A stretch of 64,000 bases of DNA from Marsupella aquatica (lineage: Eukaryota > Plantae > Marchantiophyta): NCBI GenBank assembly GCA_973895155.1, contig OZ316895.1, positions 18,175,880 to 18,239,879 of the forward strand, read 5' to 3'. Made by a program: the position numbers and the translations under genes. The notes under the pieces are model-generated. The model was not told the DNA's origin and ran no database searches. It worked only from the letters and a program-made list of their open reading frames with translations. Positions 37,776 through 49,962 of the stretch are shown here, piece by piece; the first letter of the stretch is position 1, and each line of letters starts with the position of its first letter.

Positions 37776-40702
37776 GGAAAGAGAAAGTAGATTGAGAGGA
37801 TTGTAAGGAAATAGCTTTTGGTGGGCAGCTGCGTGTGAAATGTCAGGTCTTCGATTCATAGAAACTTCATGTGGCCCAGGTCAACAGTGCAGGTGACCCA
37901 GGTGCAGCAGTCCACGAATTGCAAATGAAATTGAGATGACAAGGAGGTGAAAATTGGGCTACGTTGTACCTACCAGTTGAAGGTGCGCAGAGAAGGGGAA
38001 TTTAGGCCTTCATTTGTGCTTGTTCCTTGTTTGGGAAATTTCTGGGATGCTGGCGACTTGCACAACAGTTGCACAAAATGTCGCAAAATGATAGGGAAAT
38101 AATGAGGGATTTTTATTTAATCAACTCTCTCCTGGGTATATTTTGCTTAATCAGCCTCTTCAAAACTTTTATGCCCCAATCAACCCCCTCTTTATGCTCG
38201 GTACTGAATGTTCCTCTTAAAGTTCTTATAACATGAGTTTTGAGGTTAGAAGCACCAAACTGGATCAATTGTGATTGTATGCCTCAACCACCACCATGCA
38301 AGCCTCGACCACAAACCATGCAAGTATTTTACAATGAACCGTGCTATTATTGGGGCTTGAATTGAGTGCAGGTGACGTTGTGGAGACGTGTCACTCCTTT
38401 ATTTTTGCCTATACATCAAATTAGGGCTATTTGGATCAATGTCTTCACTTTGTAAACCTCGTTACGTGTTTTGTGATATCCTCTCATTACGTCATTTTCA
38501 TTCACGCAAGAACGGCGACAAGTTCTCCATGGCTTTCACGAGGCACATGAACCTGCCAGATTTGATTGCATAGGAAAGCAAGGTATTGTTGTGCAGATGG
38601 TTGAATTTGGATGTCAATTTCTGGAACATGTAAACTGAGGAGACAATGTCACTTCCTGTAATGTGTAAATTGAGGAAACAAAGTCAATTCATGGCGTGCA
38701 GAGCTTGCATATGGTTGACTTTATATTGTTGGCTTTTCTTGATGTTTTGACAAGACTTACCTCCCTTTTACTTATGTGAACATTGAAGTACAAGATGGCA
38801 GGTGATGTAAGTGAACTTAATCTTTGGCATAGACATCCCCTCTGTGAGGTGGACATCCCCAGTTTGGATAGACAATCACCAGAAAGAGCTAGGCAGGGAA
38901 CAACAAGAAGACATCTCAAAAATCTGACATTAATTCTATATGGGAAGAGTCATGAAGAAGGTGACTGATATTTATATGCAAGCAGGTGAATGATATTTAT
39001 ATGCAAGCTGCTCCTATGTATGAATTGTAGATCACAAGGCTACTGATTTGAACTTCCATGGCTTACTCTTTGAGGTTCCATTTGAAGATGTTGTTGTTAG
39101 ATGATAGCACTACTCTTTGAAGTTCTTGCACCTAAAGACTTTCTCCATTATATGTTTTCACATTCTACAATGCTCTTGGCAGTGGAAGCAGAGGTGGCTC
39201 GCATTCATCTCAGCAAGCGTTTTAGCAATTTTCATGATTTTGATAGAGGTCTGGCCGGGTAGTGTATAGACTTTAAAAACTTTTGCCAATTTTTGAACAA
39301 GGGTCTCTCAATTTAGTAAAATTGTTCATCGACATAAAAGTAAGTCGAGTGGTGCCATTAGACCCGGGCCCAAGAGTCTTGAATGCAGTGCTAGTTCAGA
39401 GGACAGATTCAGATGTCCATGAGTAGATGATGATGATCAAGATGAACTAGATTGGAACTATGATAGTGATTATGGTTAGTATGGTGGGTTCTGTGAGAAA
39501 AGAATGACATCCGAACCAAAGGGGATAGGAAGAACACACAATGCCCATGCACAACCATTACTCACAGCGGAAGAGGTTCGCTCATCAGGAATCCACACCT
39601 ATATCATTGTGTTTTTGTTTTCAAGGTTTACAAACCTATTACTTGTACACTATGTCTATATATTCTGTGAGGGTTTGTATGATATGCTTGTGTTCCCACT
39701 GCATGCAGTTGGAAGACCATGAGTTTCAAATTACTATTCAACAAATGACAGGATCAAAAAACCATTCTGGAGTAGACATTCTCACATCTGCTTCTCAGGT
39801 TATTGTTTTTGTATACCTAAACCATAATATCTTCTTTGTGTTTTATCTACAATATTTTAGTATACAATAACATCAATGTCTTCTTCTATACAATGACACT
39901 ATTGTCTTTTGTGTTTCCATATGCAACATGAATGTGTGTATTGCAAGGCTTGGACCTCTAGATCCAAATCAGAGGGACACTATCAAGTCATTCCATCTTG
40001 AGTGGTGTAAGCCCGCTGAACTCATACAGAAATTATTGACGAGAAAGGTCACTGCCAATAACATACAACCATGAAGAAGTCATATGCCAATTCAGATACA
40101 ATGGATTTGGCATTCTACGGGAGAAAAAGTGTTTTAAGGAGAGACTGCGTGACAAAAGCCCCAGCTCGGGAGAAAAAATGTTTTAAGGAGAGATTGATTG
40201 ACAAAAACCCCGGCTCGGGAGTCTTAAACTTCCGGCTTTGTGACGTCCGAATTCCTCATTTGCCTCAATTACGGCAGCACTCTCGTAAAGCGGAATTCCG
40301 TAACAGCGACATCCTCTGAAGGAAAATCGTCCGGGCCTGCAGCAACAGGGAACTGCAGTAGTTGTGCAGTGCTATCGAAACAATTTCATAGTCATACAGT
40401 TGGTAGGTACTTTGCTGTCCGAAGCAGTCAAGATTGATAAAATCATAATCAAATTGTGTCTTGTGCGACAGCGAAAAAATGCCTATTTTCTGATAGTTAG
40501 CAGGATCCTGAGACTTAGAGGATCAAGCCACTGAACCTTTATAGGGTAGTTGGTTCAAAAGAATGGATGAGTCTACTTTTAGACTTGTGCCCTCGAAGGG
40601 TAGACTTGGTGCTGGAAAGCACCGAGTCACTCAAACTGTTGGCTACAACTGTAAAATGTGAAATACATCTATAGACAGCAACCGTCAACTCGGTTGAACC
40701 TG

Positions 40703-43601
40703 TTATCTGGTTCGTCCAGTACCTATGAATACGGAGTCTTGATCATTCAAATGTGCCAAGAGCTCGAGTGCTTTCCTTTTCGCTCGACTTGTACCTGAGT
40801 GCAATAAGTCGGCCAAGGGTTCAGCGGCTCCTAGATTCCGTGCAGTAGTTGCATGAATCCCATTGCTTGTGCAGAGAGCAAGCAGGACCGAAGCTCCATT
40901 CTCTTTGTTGCGAGGGGATCCGTTCCTAATCAAGTCTACAAGGATCGGAATAACATTTGTCCGACCAATTGCAAGACGGCCTTCTTGGTGCGTAGCAAGT
41001 ACTGCCAAGATAGCAAGTGCCTCATCCACCATTCCCAAACTAGTATCAACCAGTAAATCCATAAGCGGTGGCACAATTCCTGTCCTAACTGCCTTCGCCT
41101 TGTTTCCCTGATAGATGGAAAGGGTAAACAGAGCAGTCGCAGCATCCTTCTTGCCACGGCTCTGGCCCTCTTGTAAGAGAACTACAAGAGCTGGAATGGC
41201 CCCCGAATTCCCGATTGTTACCTTGTGTTCATCCACAGCTGACAGACTGAACAATGTGGCCGCAGAATTCTCTCGCGCTTCCATGCTACCATGTTTCAGG
41301 ACTTCAACGATTGGATCAATGGCTCCAGCACTCACTATCGCCCGCTTGTTGCTCTCGTGAATAGACAAATTCAGAAGTGCAGTTACTGCATGTTCTTGAG
41401 TCTTCAGATCCGGTGTTGACAACAGGGAAACCAAGATGGGAATGGCCCCACTTTCTGCGATGCAGAGCCTGTTCTCAGGGCTCGCTTTTGCAAGCAGCCG
41501 CAGTTCTCCAGCAGCTCCACGTTGCACCTCTATCTGATCGCTTGCTAATTTCAAGAGAAGAGGTCCCGCCTGTATTTCATCACCAGAACTAGTGGATAAA
41601 CCGGTGCTAATCCCACTATATTTCCCAATTCTTCCATTGCTGCTTTTGGGAACGTCCAACCCATTCGTTTCACACCATTGTGCAATAAGGCTTCGAAGCA
41701 CATAATTTGGAGTTAAGGCCAGGTGAGACAACTGCTGTTGCGTTTTAGGGCAAGTTTTATGGGCATTATCAAGCCATTTTTGGATACATGCCCGTTCGTA
41801 AGTCTGCGTCAAAAGATCACACGGCAAAAATTTAGATTTCTACCAGTAATAACGTTCATAGAATTGGACGATTCTGCACTACCAAAACAACGACGAATCC
41901 CGAAAGAAGAAATCGCAAGCCCACAAGCAAGGATCATAGATAGGACACATAAAGCAACGGACATAGAAGATGGGGCTACCTGTCCAGTAGCAACAATCAC
42001 GGGATCATGCATGAGTTCCAGGGATATAGGACACTTGAAGTCATCTGGTGGAACAGGATCTCGTCCTTTAGATGAGGAAGCCTTGTGTGCCTTCGAAGCA
42101 GTATAAGACGACGCAGCGTCCTTTTCATCTTCGACTTGAATCTGCTTCAGGACTTTGATCATATGGTCCAGACCTTGTTCCTCTGACCGACTGGTCGCAG
42201 CACCCCTTCTGCCTTCCAAAGCTTTTAGTTCTTGCTTCCAAGATGTCTCCTTTTGAAGCTGTAGTTTTTCTGCCACTTTTTGCAAGGCACCACGATCACC
42301 GTCTGCGCCATCTGCTTCACAAGTGAGTAGAGTATTCACGGCCTGAAAAAGTTGTTCATCCTGCGAATCTACTCGTCCTTTGGCTCGTTTCAACTGTAAA
42401 TGAACAAGGTCCACCTGTATAGATACAATACGAACAACGGTATCACGTTAGCATGATGGGAAATACCCTCAGATGCCACAATACATTTTAGGAGATAATC
42501 TGACCTTAACCGTGGTGATATCGATAACTACGACAAAATGCAGATGAAAATCTACTTCGGACCGCCATTCCTGTTACTACCTCTGGACTTTGAACAAACA
42601 AGAGGTTGATTTCATCGACAACACTCTCACATGCAGCAAAACATTAGAAAGAACGCAGAGAGACTAGACTGGGGACGGATGGGAAGCAAAACCTGTTCAT
42701 GTACTTCGTCGGAAATATCCAGCGAGTCCAGACGTAGGCTATCGAGAGCCCGACTTAAGTCTGCTGTCAGCTCCCGAAACCTAGAAGAGGTCTTCTCTCT
42801 GTCCAATATCTGCAAACAATCCATTTTTGGATACCGCTGAGCAAGGGCAACTGGTATAACTTCGATGCCTGCCTAAAGTGGTGCATCTCCGAGAGACGCC
42901 TAGCGCAGTCATCGCGACAAAGAGCAAGCGTCTAACTCGCTCGTCAAAACAGATCGGCGATAGACATCGCCAGACCATTCACGTTGATGCACCTTCCTAT
43001 AGAAACTTCATGAAAATCTCTTCATATTATGGTAAGATCGAACGGGTTCTCAACACGAACGGTTGACTACAGTACTAAGCGAATGTGTTAAGCCATAAGG
43101 GCAACTTGTTCAGAGCAATGTATTTTCCGAGTAGTACCGGATGATGAGTATTGAGCTACTAATACGCTGCAGTTGTCTCTCGAGAATATGCAACTACGAT
43201 AAAGTACTCGACTGAATAGCCTTCCTCATCGATTCCAGAAAACAACTTAACAATTGTCAGGGCCTTGTGTGGTCAAAGACGAGCGATATCTACTGCCGAG
43301 TTCTTCGAGATGGGACGGGAATACTCACCAGAACGAATTGACTGCCGTCCCGGCATTCCTGAAGCAGATCTTTCGCATTACACAGCGCCGTGTAGATTGT
43401 CCTAAATGGCGAAACAGCAGCAGCGGGTAACGAACATCCTGTTTCCCTGAGCTCCTCGAACAGAGGTGCCAAGACTTTAATCCTACGAGTCAAATTCGAA
43501 CAGTCTTTTCTATAACTCCTAACGGCATCGCCTATGGCGGTTAACTCCAAAACGAGGTCCACGAGACCCTGAATGAGGTCCTGCGACTCTTTCCTGTCCA
43601 T
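40703..43601 (-). CDS. plant U-box/ARM E3 ubiquitin ligase (UND + U-box + ARM repeats; PUB13/SPL11-like), 4 exons, 641 aa
   Basis: Exons complement(43329-43601, 42693-42809, 41980-42414, 40703-41803), all phase 0 GT-AG, totalling 1926 nt. U-box [23 protein letters not shown]|[21 protein letters not shown] motifs [26 protein letters not shown] and [10 protein letters not shown]. Confidence 0.95.
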
Positions 43602-45239
43602 TTTGGACAATCAAAATGAAACCCTCCGCGATCGTCCCTCCGAAGGAATTCTTCCCAATGATGTCTTCCTTAAGATGAAGGTCTCTTCACTCCCAAACCT
43701 GAGTGTGGATGACCAGAGTCTCCCTTGCTACCAATCACCCCGCCTTCCCTCAACACTAACATTAGCACAATGGATGTCCCACCACCTGTAAGCACTCCCC
43801 CGAAGAAATCCTAATCGAACAGCCGAAATAAAAGACCCTTTGCCCCTCAAATATGCGTCTGAACCATCCTTTTACCAGAGGCACAACCTGCACGTCCTCT
43901 CCCTCGACCTCTTCCTCGACGGCAAAAGACCGATAACCCTTCCTGTCACGAAGAAACAGATCCGCTAAACACACTGGCGAGGTGAACTTATGGACAGTCT
44001 CATCAGCATCGCTTCACGATGTTCGCATCTGTTGCTCGCCTGATCTGAACGTCTATAGATATTGAGTCCGCACTCGACTTCGATCCAAAAGCAGACGAAA
44101 CGTACTGCTATCACCCTCCTCCCTTGCAGTCCATCTTTGTCTACATTCCAGTCTCACTGCACGATGCAGTAACAACTTCGTCCGACATATCCCACAAAAG
44201 TCACTGAATGGTTTTCCTCAAACGAAATTCAATCGAATTAGATCCCACAGCTACAAATCCATGACGAACTCTTCACGACTGATATGAAGGAGATCCAAAC
44301 TTTTCCAGTCGACCCTGACCTTTTCTTTCCATCTAAGGTCCCAAAGAGTACGAAGGTTCAGCTCCTGACCCTTTCTACTAAGACGGCCAACTCTGCCTCT
44401 AATCCGGGCCCAGCGCTTTTGACGACTTTGACATAGTCGGTCTCCTCCAATGTAGCACTCCAACTCCGGAAAATCGAGTTGGCCAAGCCAGCCCTTATTA
44501 TCAACCAATCACAACCACTTTCGATCACACCTCCTATGTAGCAATCCAACTCCGGAAAACCGAGTTGGCTAAGGCAGCCCTTATATCAACGAGCCCAACC
44601 ACAAACTCTCTTTCGACTACAGAGCCGCTCCTCCCTCCGTTCGCTCCCCCCTCTCTCTATGGTCCTCTACCACACCTCGCGTGAAGTAGTCAATTTTATT
44701 GACCGCCAGAGCTTCATTCCTCACGAATACTCAATCATTTATGTACAATCTTTCATCTTCCCTCTATTCCTCAATCCTGATCTGTTCCCCACAACCCCGA
44801 TGGCAAGCCGGCTGGGTTTTCTTCATTACTGCGGCAACGCCAACCCTCGTAGTCCTGGCGGTAGGGTGTCGAGGCCCTGCCGGATCAACGCGGACGGTCA
44901 TCAACACAGACGGAACCGCAGTGGGATGCAGCTCACCATGAATAACCCTCTCCAAGGGCACGACCTCCCGGCCAGTCAGCCCGAAAACGCGGGTAGGTAC
45001 GTAGCACCGGTCGGTAGGCTGGATATAGCTACTGTGTGCGTGGCAGAAGCCGAGACATTATTCGAGAGGGTGTAAAACGGCGGAGTGAATGATGTCATCG
45101 AGCGCAGTCCAGAACGAGGGAGCAAGCTTACCCGAGGCGAGCCAGTGACCTAAGCCGCAATCATCCCAGCTTTCAATAATAGGCGTGTCAAAGCTTTCAA
45201 TAATAGGCGTGTCAAAGCTGGGTCACCAATGGAAATTAA

Positions 45240-47520
45240 GTATTTGTGTGAGATATATGCTTGATGATCGCTCGTGAACTTTTTTACCTGATGGATGGGT
45301 CCCTAGGTAACATTTTTTATCAAGTAGGACCCCTCTTAATGACCAATACACCTGTTCTTGTGTGGTGCCTACACCTGTCCTTGTGTGGTGCCTACTATGT
45401 ATGGTGACTCCAAGTAAACTGCAAAGTTGAACCGTGCGGTCAACCTTGCATGGTCGACCGAGAAATCACGGAGATGATTCGAGAGAAACCGCAAAAAATG
45501 ACTGCCGTTGTTGAAATTTTGATTTGAAGACAATATGCATTATGTCTTCGGATACAATGGGTTAATGTCTGAAGACTCAATGGATTATGTCTTCCCATGT
45601 TTCAAGGTTTAGCCCTGAAGTTTAACAGGGAGTGTGAGGGAAAATCATATTCCTTGATACAATATTTGTACACCCCTCAATCCCTGGAAAAGCTACAATC
45701 TTATTGGCTTAAAAATTCTGACAGCATCCCTACTCCTTACCTAGCCCCATGGAACCTAGCTCTAAGGGTCTATCACCTAAATTTCTTATAAGGGTCCCAA
45801 GTCCCATCAAGCATACACTTTCTATCTCTCCCATTTTTTAAATTCCATAACTGGGTCCATAAAGGATATACCACAAATCCGAGATATATGCTTGATGGGC
45901 CCTCTGGTGAACCTTTCTTACCTGATGGGCCCCTAGGTAACTTTTTTTACCAAGTAGGACCCCTCTTAATGACCAGTACACCTGTTCTTGTGTGGTGCTT
46001 ACACCTGTCATTGTATGGTGCCTACTATGTATGGTTACTCCAAGCAAACTGCAAAGTTGAACCGTGCGGTCAACCTTGCATGGTCGATCGAGAAACCACG
46101 GAGATGATTCGGGAGAAACCGCGAAAAGTGACTGCCGCTGTCGAAACTGTGATTTGAAGACAATATGCATTATGTCTTCGGATTCACTGGGTTAATGCCT
46201 GAAGACACAATGGATTATGTCTTCGGGTTCAAATTTTTACTGTATCATGGGGTAGTTATTAGGTATGTTTTTCACATTGCGCACATGGGTTTTTCACGAT
46301 GTTTTCATGCACGACTATCAGCGTCAGTGTGGGGTACCTCCAATTGTCCACAAAGAATATTCAAGTTCAATGTTCAGAATTTGCCTACTGCCGCTACAAC
46401 AAAAATTGGCAAATGATTGACAAATGCACTCAAAAAATGGTAATACTCCCCTGTGCAATGCATACAAACAATTTCAAAAGAAGACAAACCCAAAGGTATC
46501 GGGGTACACCCTAAACCCTAACCCCTTGCCCCTGTATACAAATAGTTTAGGGTATTCTCATTGGCTCCTAAGTCAAAATTCATACATTTGAAATACTATG
46601 TACACCTTGGCATACAGTGTATTTGGGCCCAGGGGATGTCAGAGGGAGTGATCGTACTCCCTACCCCTGGCCCATGGAACCTGGCCCGTATGAAACTTTT
46701 GTTACAAATTAGCCTCCCTTTGACACTTTTGTGTCAAATGTTCTTGTAAAGTTACTATAAAGAATTTTAGTTTGATATTGTCACCAATAAGAGCTACTGT
46801 GAAGTTTAGAGTCAAACCATGGTCACTGACAAACTACACCATTGGGAGAACTGCAAAATAATTGCGGGTGTAGTGCGAATTGTGAGTTCCTAAGTGAAGA
46901 CAATAATTATGGTTCATGTCTTCAAGTTTGAATTTTGTCTTTAGACTGTTTCACAAAACTTATGCATAGGGTTTGCATGATGTTTTGACGTTTATCTTTG
47001 TTTTTTTTTGTCTAAGTATGGAATCAATCCTCTACTTTTGGCCATTGGTCTGTATTGCAACGTTTAAAAATTGTCTTCTCACATCTAGACCCCAAATTTG
47101 TCTAAGTATGGAAAGAACCAAGGATCTTTTACTCTTGGCTGTTTTCCCTTGTTACAACTTTCAAAAATTGTCTAATTGTGAAACAACAACACCGTGGACT
47201 CCCTCATAACGGGAAAATTTTGCTAGTTTGCAAGAACTAGACTAAATGTTAGACTAAATATTGTACAAACTCACTATCCTATAGCTATGGATCCCTTAAA
47301 ACTCCATAATCATGTGAAGACATAATCCATTATGTCTTCAAGCATAGATGTATGCAGGGTGTGATGAATTGCAATGGGAAATGTACGGTTTACCATGCAT
47401 TTAGGCACCACATAAGAACCATGTGTACGGAACCTATGTAGGGGCCTAGTTGATAACAACATTTTGTGAGGCCTAGTTTGTAACAAAAGTTTAATAGGGG
47501 CATGTCACGTAAATTTGCTT
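45240..47520. repeat. composite non-coding repeat (direct and inverted copies) with GAAGAC-N12-GTCTTC palindromes; probable non-autonomous DNA transposon
   Basis: ~45250-45595 is repeated at ~45880-46225, and ~47390-47440 is inverted relative to ~45975-46040. Palindromes at ~45526, 45571, 46156, 46201, 46896 (longer spacer) and 47316. Confidence 0.6.
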
Positions 47521-48437
47521 CCGCACTACATTCCAACCACCTTGAGCGTTGTCCGCCATAAAGCCATGAATATGGACTTTGTGAAGACCATTCTCATCTG
47601 GAAGCTCTAACATTGCCAAGCCCTCTCAAGTGATTTTGCATCTTCTACCCTCAACTTGCAATTAAATATCAAGCAACGTGGATAGTTAAGGTCATAAGCA
47701 TGGACACTAAATGTAAGCTAGTCATTAGTCTTTCAATGCATCACATCAAAACTAACCCAAGCACCCTTAAGAGACCCTCCAGGTTTCATCCTCAGAAGGA
47801 GATCTAGTCCCGAGCCTTCTCCTCTAACTGTAATTTGAAAATGTGTGCACTCTCCTCTCGACACCCTTGCCCTGGGAGCAAGAACCTTTGAAGAAAGGGG
47901 AAGGTGATGTTCTTTTGGATGCTTACTAGGAACTCCATTTCCTCTCTCCCTTTTTGGTCAGATTGCCAAATACTTCTCAAGAGATTAAACAATTTATGTG
48001 GGGTAGAGATCACCTGCACAACTACATATGCGAACGTCGTTTTCCAAGTCAACATCTTCCAAAATGTCACCACGTAACGTAAATGTCCCTAGCACGTCGT
48101 CAAATACATTTACGTCTTCTGACAAAACGTATATTTTACGTTGTACATGACTTGGTAATGTTACGTCTTGTGTGACGACGTAATGAAGATTAACGTCCTC
48201 CTAAACAAGGCAACTTAACGTCTTTGTGGGTGGTCTAAATTAAGGTTCCCTGGACGTCGCAAGACTACCTTACGTCATACTTTAGTGTGTATTGTAATTA
48301 ACGTCTCACTAGACATATTAACTTGCTTTGCTTTTGACATCGTATTTGACACAACTCTAGGTCCATAAAGCGCAAAGTGAAGACTTATATGCACACATTC
48401 TTCATGGTAACGGAAGCAGGTCTGCCCTATTTACACA

Positions 48438-48978
48438 ATGGCTAACATGTTTGAGGGAGTTTGTGCCATTCTTCTGAGTAGTGATGGGAAAGTGGATACG
48501 ATCTTTCACCAGTGTGTCCATGCACTGGCCCTTGGTGGTGGCCTGTGGGAGAAACATTTGTCTGCACAAACTACTCACATTGTCGCAACTGATTGGGACA
48601 CATTGGACCGTTACTTTGATTGGATGGATTTTCTCTTAGCATATCAGTTTCAACACACTCAAATTGTAAGATGGGACTGGATATTTGCATGCAAGAAAGC
48701 AAATGCAATAGTGGATGTCTTGCCATTCAAGTTGTACCCAGCTCAGCCATTCAGACAAACTAGCATTACTTTGAAAGAGGATTGTGGTCGCTTCAGGGAC
48801 CTCATGGTTGAGATTAAGGGGTACCAGGATGAGGTGCTATGTATATAGGAAAAGGGTGCTAAGAAGAAGATGTTGTTCAGGAAGGCTTGTGAAGAGAAGT
48901 ATGCTGCTAAAAAGAGAGAATGGGATGAGTGGCGTAAAACTATTTCCCCTCCAGAGTCTCCTGAGCACTCAGCAATAA
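48438..48978 (+). pseudogene. BRCT-domain-like ORF with a helical C-terminus inside the CACTA relic
   Basis: FEGVCAILL..ALALGGG..SAQTTHIVA..QIVRWDWIFACKKANAIVDVLPF matches the BRCT signature (FxG, GG, THlI, IV..W..C). TAG at 48846 may be premature. Confidence 0.6.
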
Positions 48979-49347
48979 GCTAGGATGTATAGTTCCTGCT
49001 GCATGTAGACATTGATAGCTTTTTGCCTTTGAAGACCACTTTACACTGTGGCACTTGTATCATTTTGTGTTTAAGTAAAGTGAAAATATCCCATATATAT
49101 AACATCGCTTCTGTAACGTAAATTATCTTTGCGTTGTCCTATACATTGCATATATTAAATAACATCACCCTGTGAGATGTAAAGTACAAGGATGATGGTA
49201 ATTAACGTTGTGCCAACAGACGTTAAATATAATGAATATCGTCTAGTAAGACGTAAAACAAAATAAACATCGTATATGAAATTGTTCAGGATTGGAACGT
49301 CGTTGGTGGGAACTCAAAATCCTGTATGCACAACGTAACTTGTAACT

Positions 49348-49962
49348 CTACTCATCATCTTCATCAAGAGGTGATCTCATGAAGAGTTTTTGCCTACGAG
49401 GGAAGACTGGCACAATAACAGACCATGATGGTTGTGTTTCCATGGGTACCATGAAGCACTGATCCACCTGGCTTGGGAAAACTATTGTGTCACTATATTC
49501 TGTCCCTATTAGTGCCCTTTGTGTAGTGTCTACACGGTAAAATCCACACTCATCCTTAACCAGTGTGGCTCTACTCGGAGGGGACATGATTGACTTGTAC
49601 CATTTCACCTCCAAGACAACTGTGTTGAAAGAGCCAAAGTCCACCTCCAGAATATCCATAATGGTACCACAGTATGGTATCTCATTTTCCCCCTCATACG
49701 TGGACATGAAGATAGAGGAATCGGTTGTCATTTTCTTCATGTGATCAGTTCTCCAAGTTCTAAAGTGACACCCTGAATCATACATGTGTGTGTGAGACAT
49801 CGTTGTAATAGATGGCCCCCTAATGATGTTTTGTATATCTTGCTCAATGGATGTCGGACCATGTGACCGCAAGTAACGGTCCATGCGGTCTTGCGCCCAA
49901 ACATGCAATGAGTGAAGTTGTGATGTTTCCCGTGACAATGTCAATTGGTTATCCACCCATGC
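49348..49962 (-). pseudogene. CACTA/EnSpm transposase C-terminal fragment (DUF4216-like)
   Basis: YCGTIMDILEVDFGSFNTVVLEVKWY..VKDECGFYRVD..DTIVFPSQVDQCF..WSVIV. ACGT-rich subterminal-like repeats at 48030-48340 and 49100-49340. Cut by the insertion at 49963. Confidence 0.8.

Noticed and set aside
35851-40440. Possible decayed gene or transposon between the gypsy LTR and the PUB gene
   Set aside because: Splice-like signals and short ORFs exist, but no protein family could be recognised.
44659-45075. 138-aa ORF divergent from the PUB gene
   Set aside because: No recognisable features; it lies in a GC-rich promoter-like region.
47524-47530. CACTACA as the CACTA left terminus
   Set aside because: It is ~500 bp from the subterminal-like repeats, and no matching right TIR or 3-bp TSD is visible.
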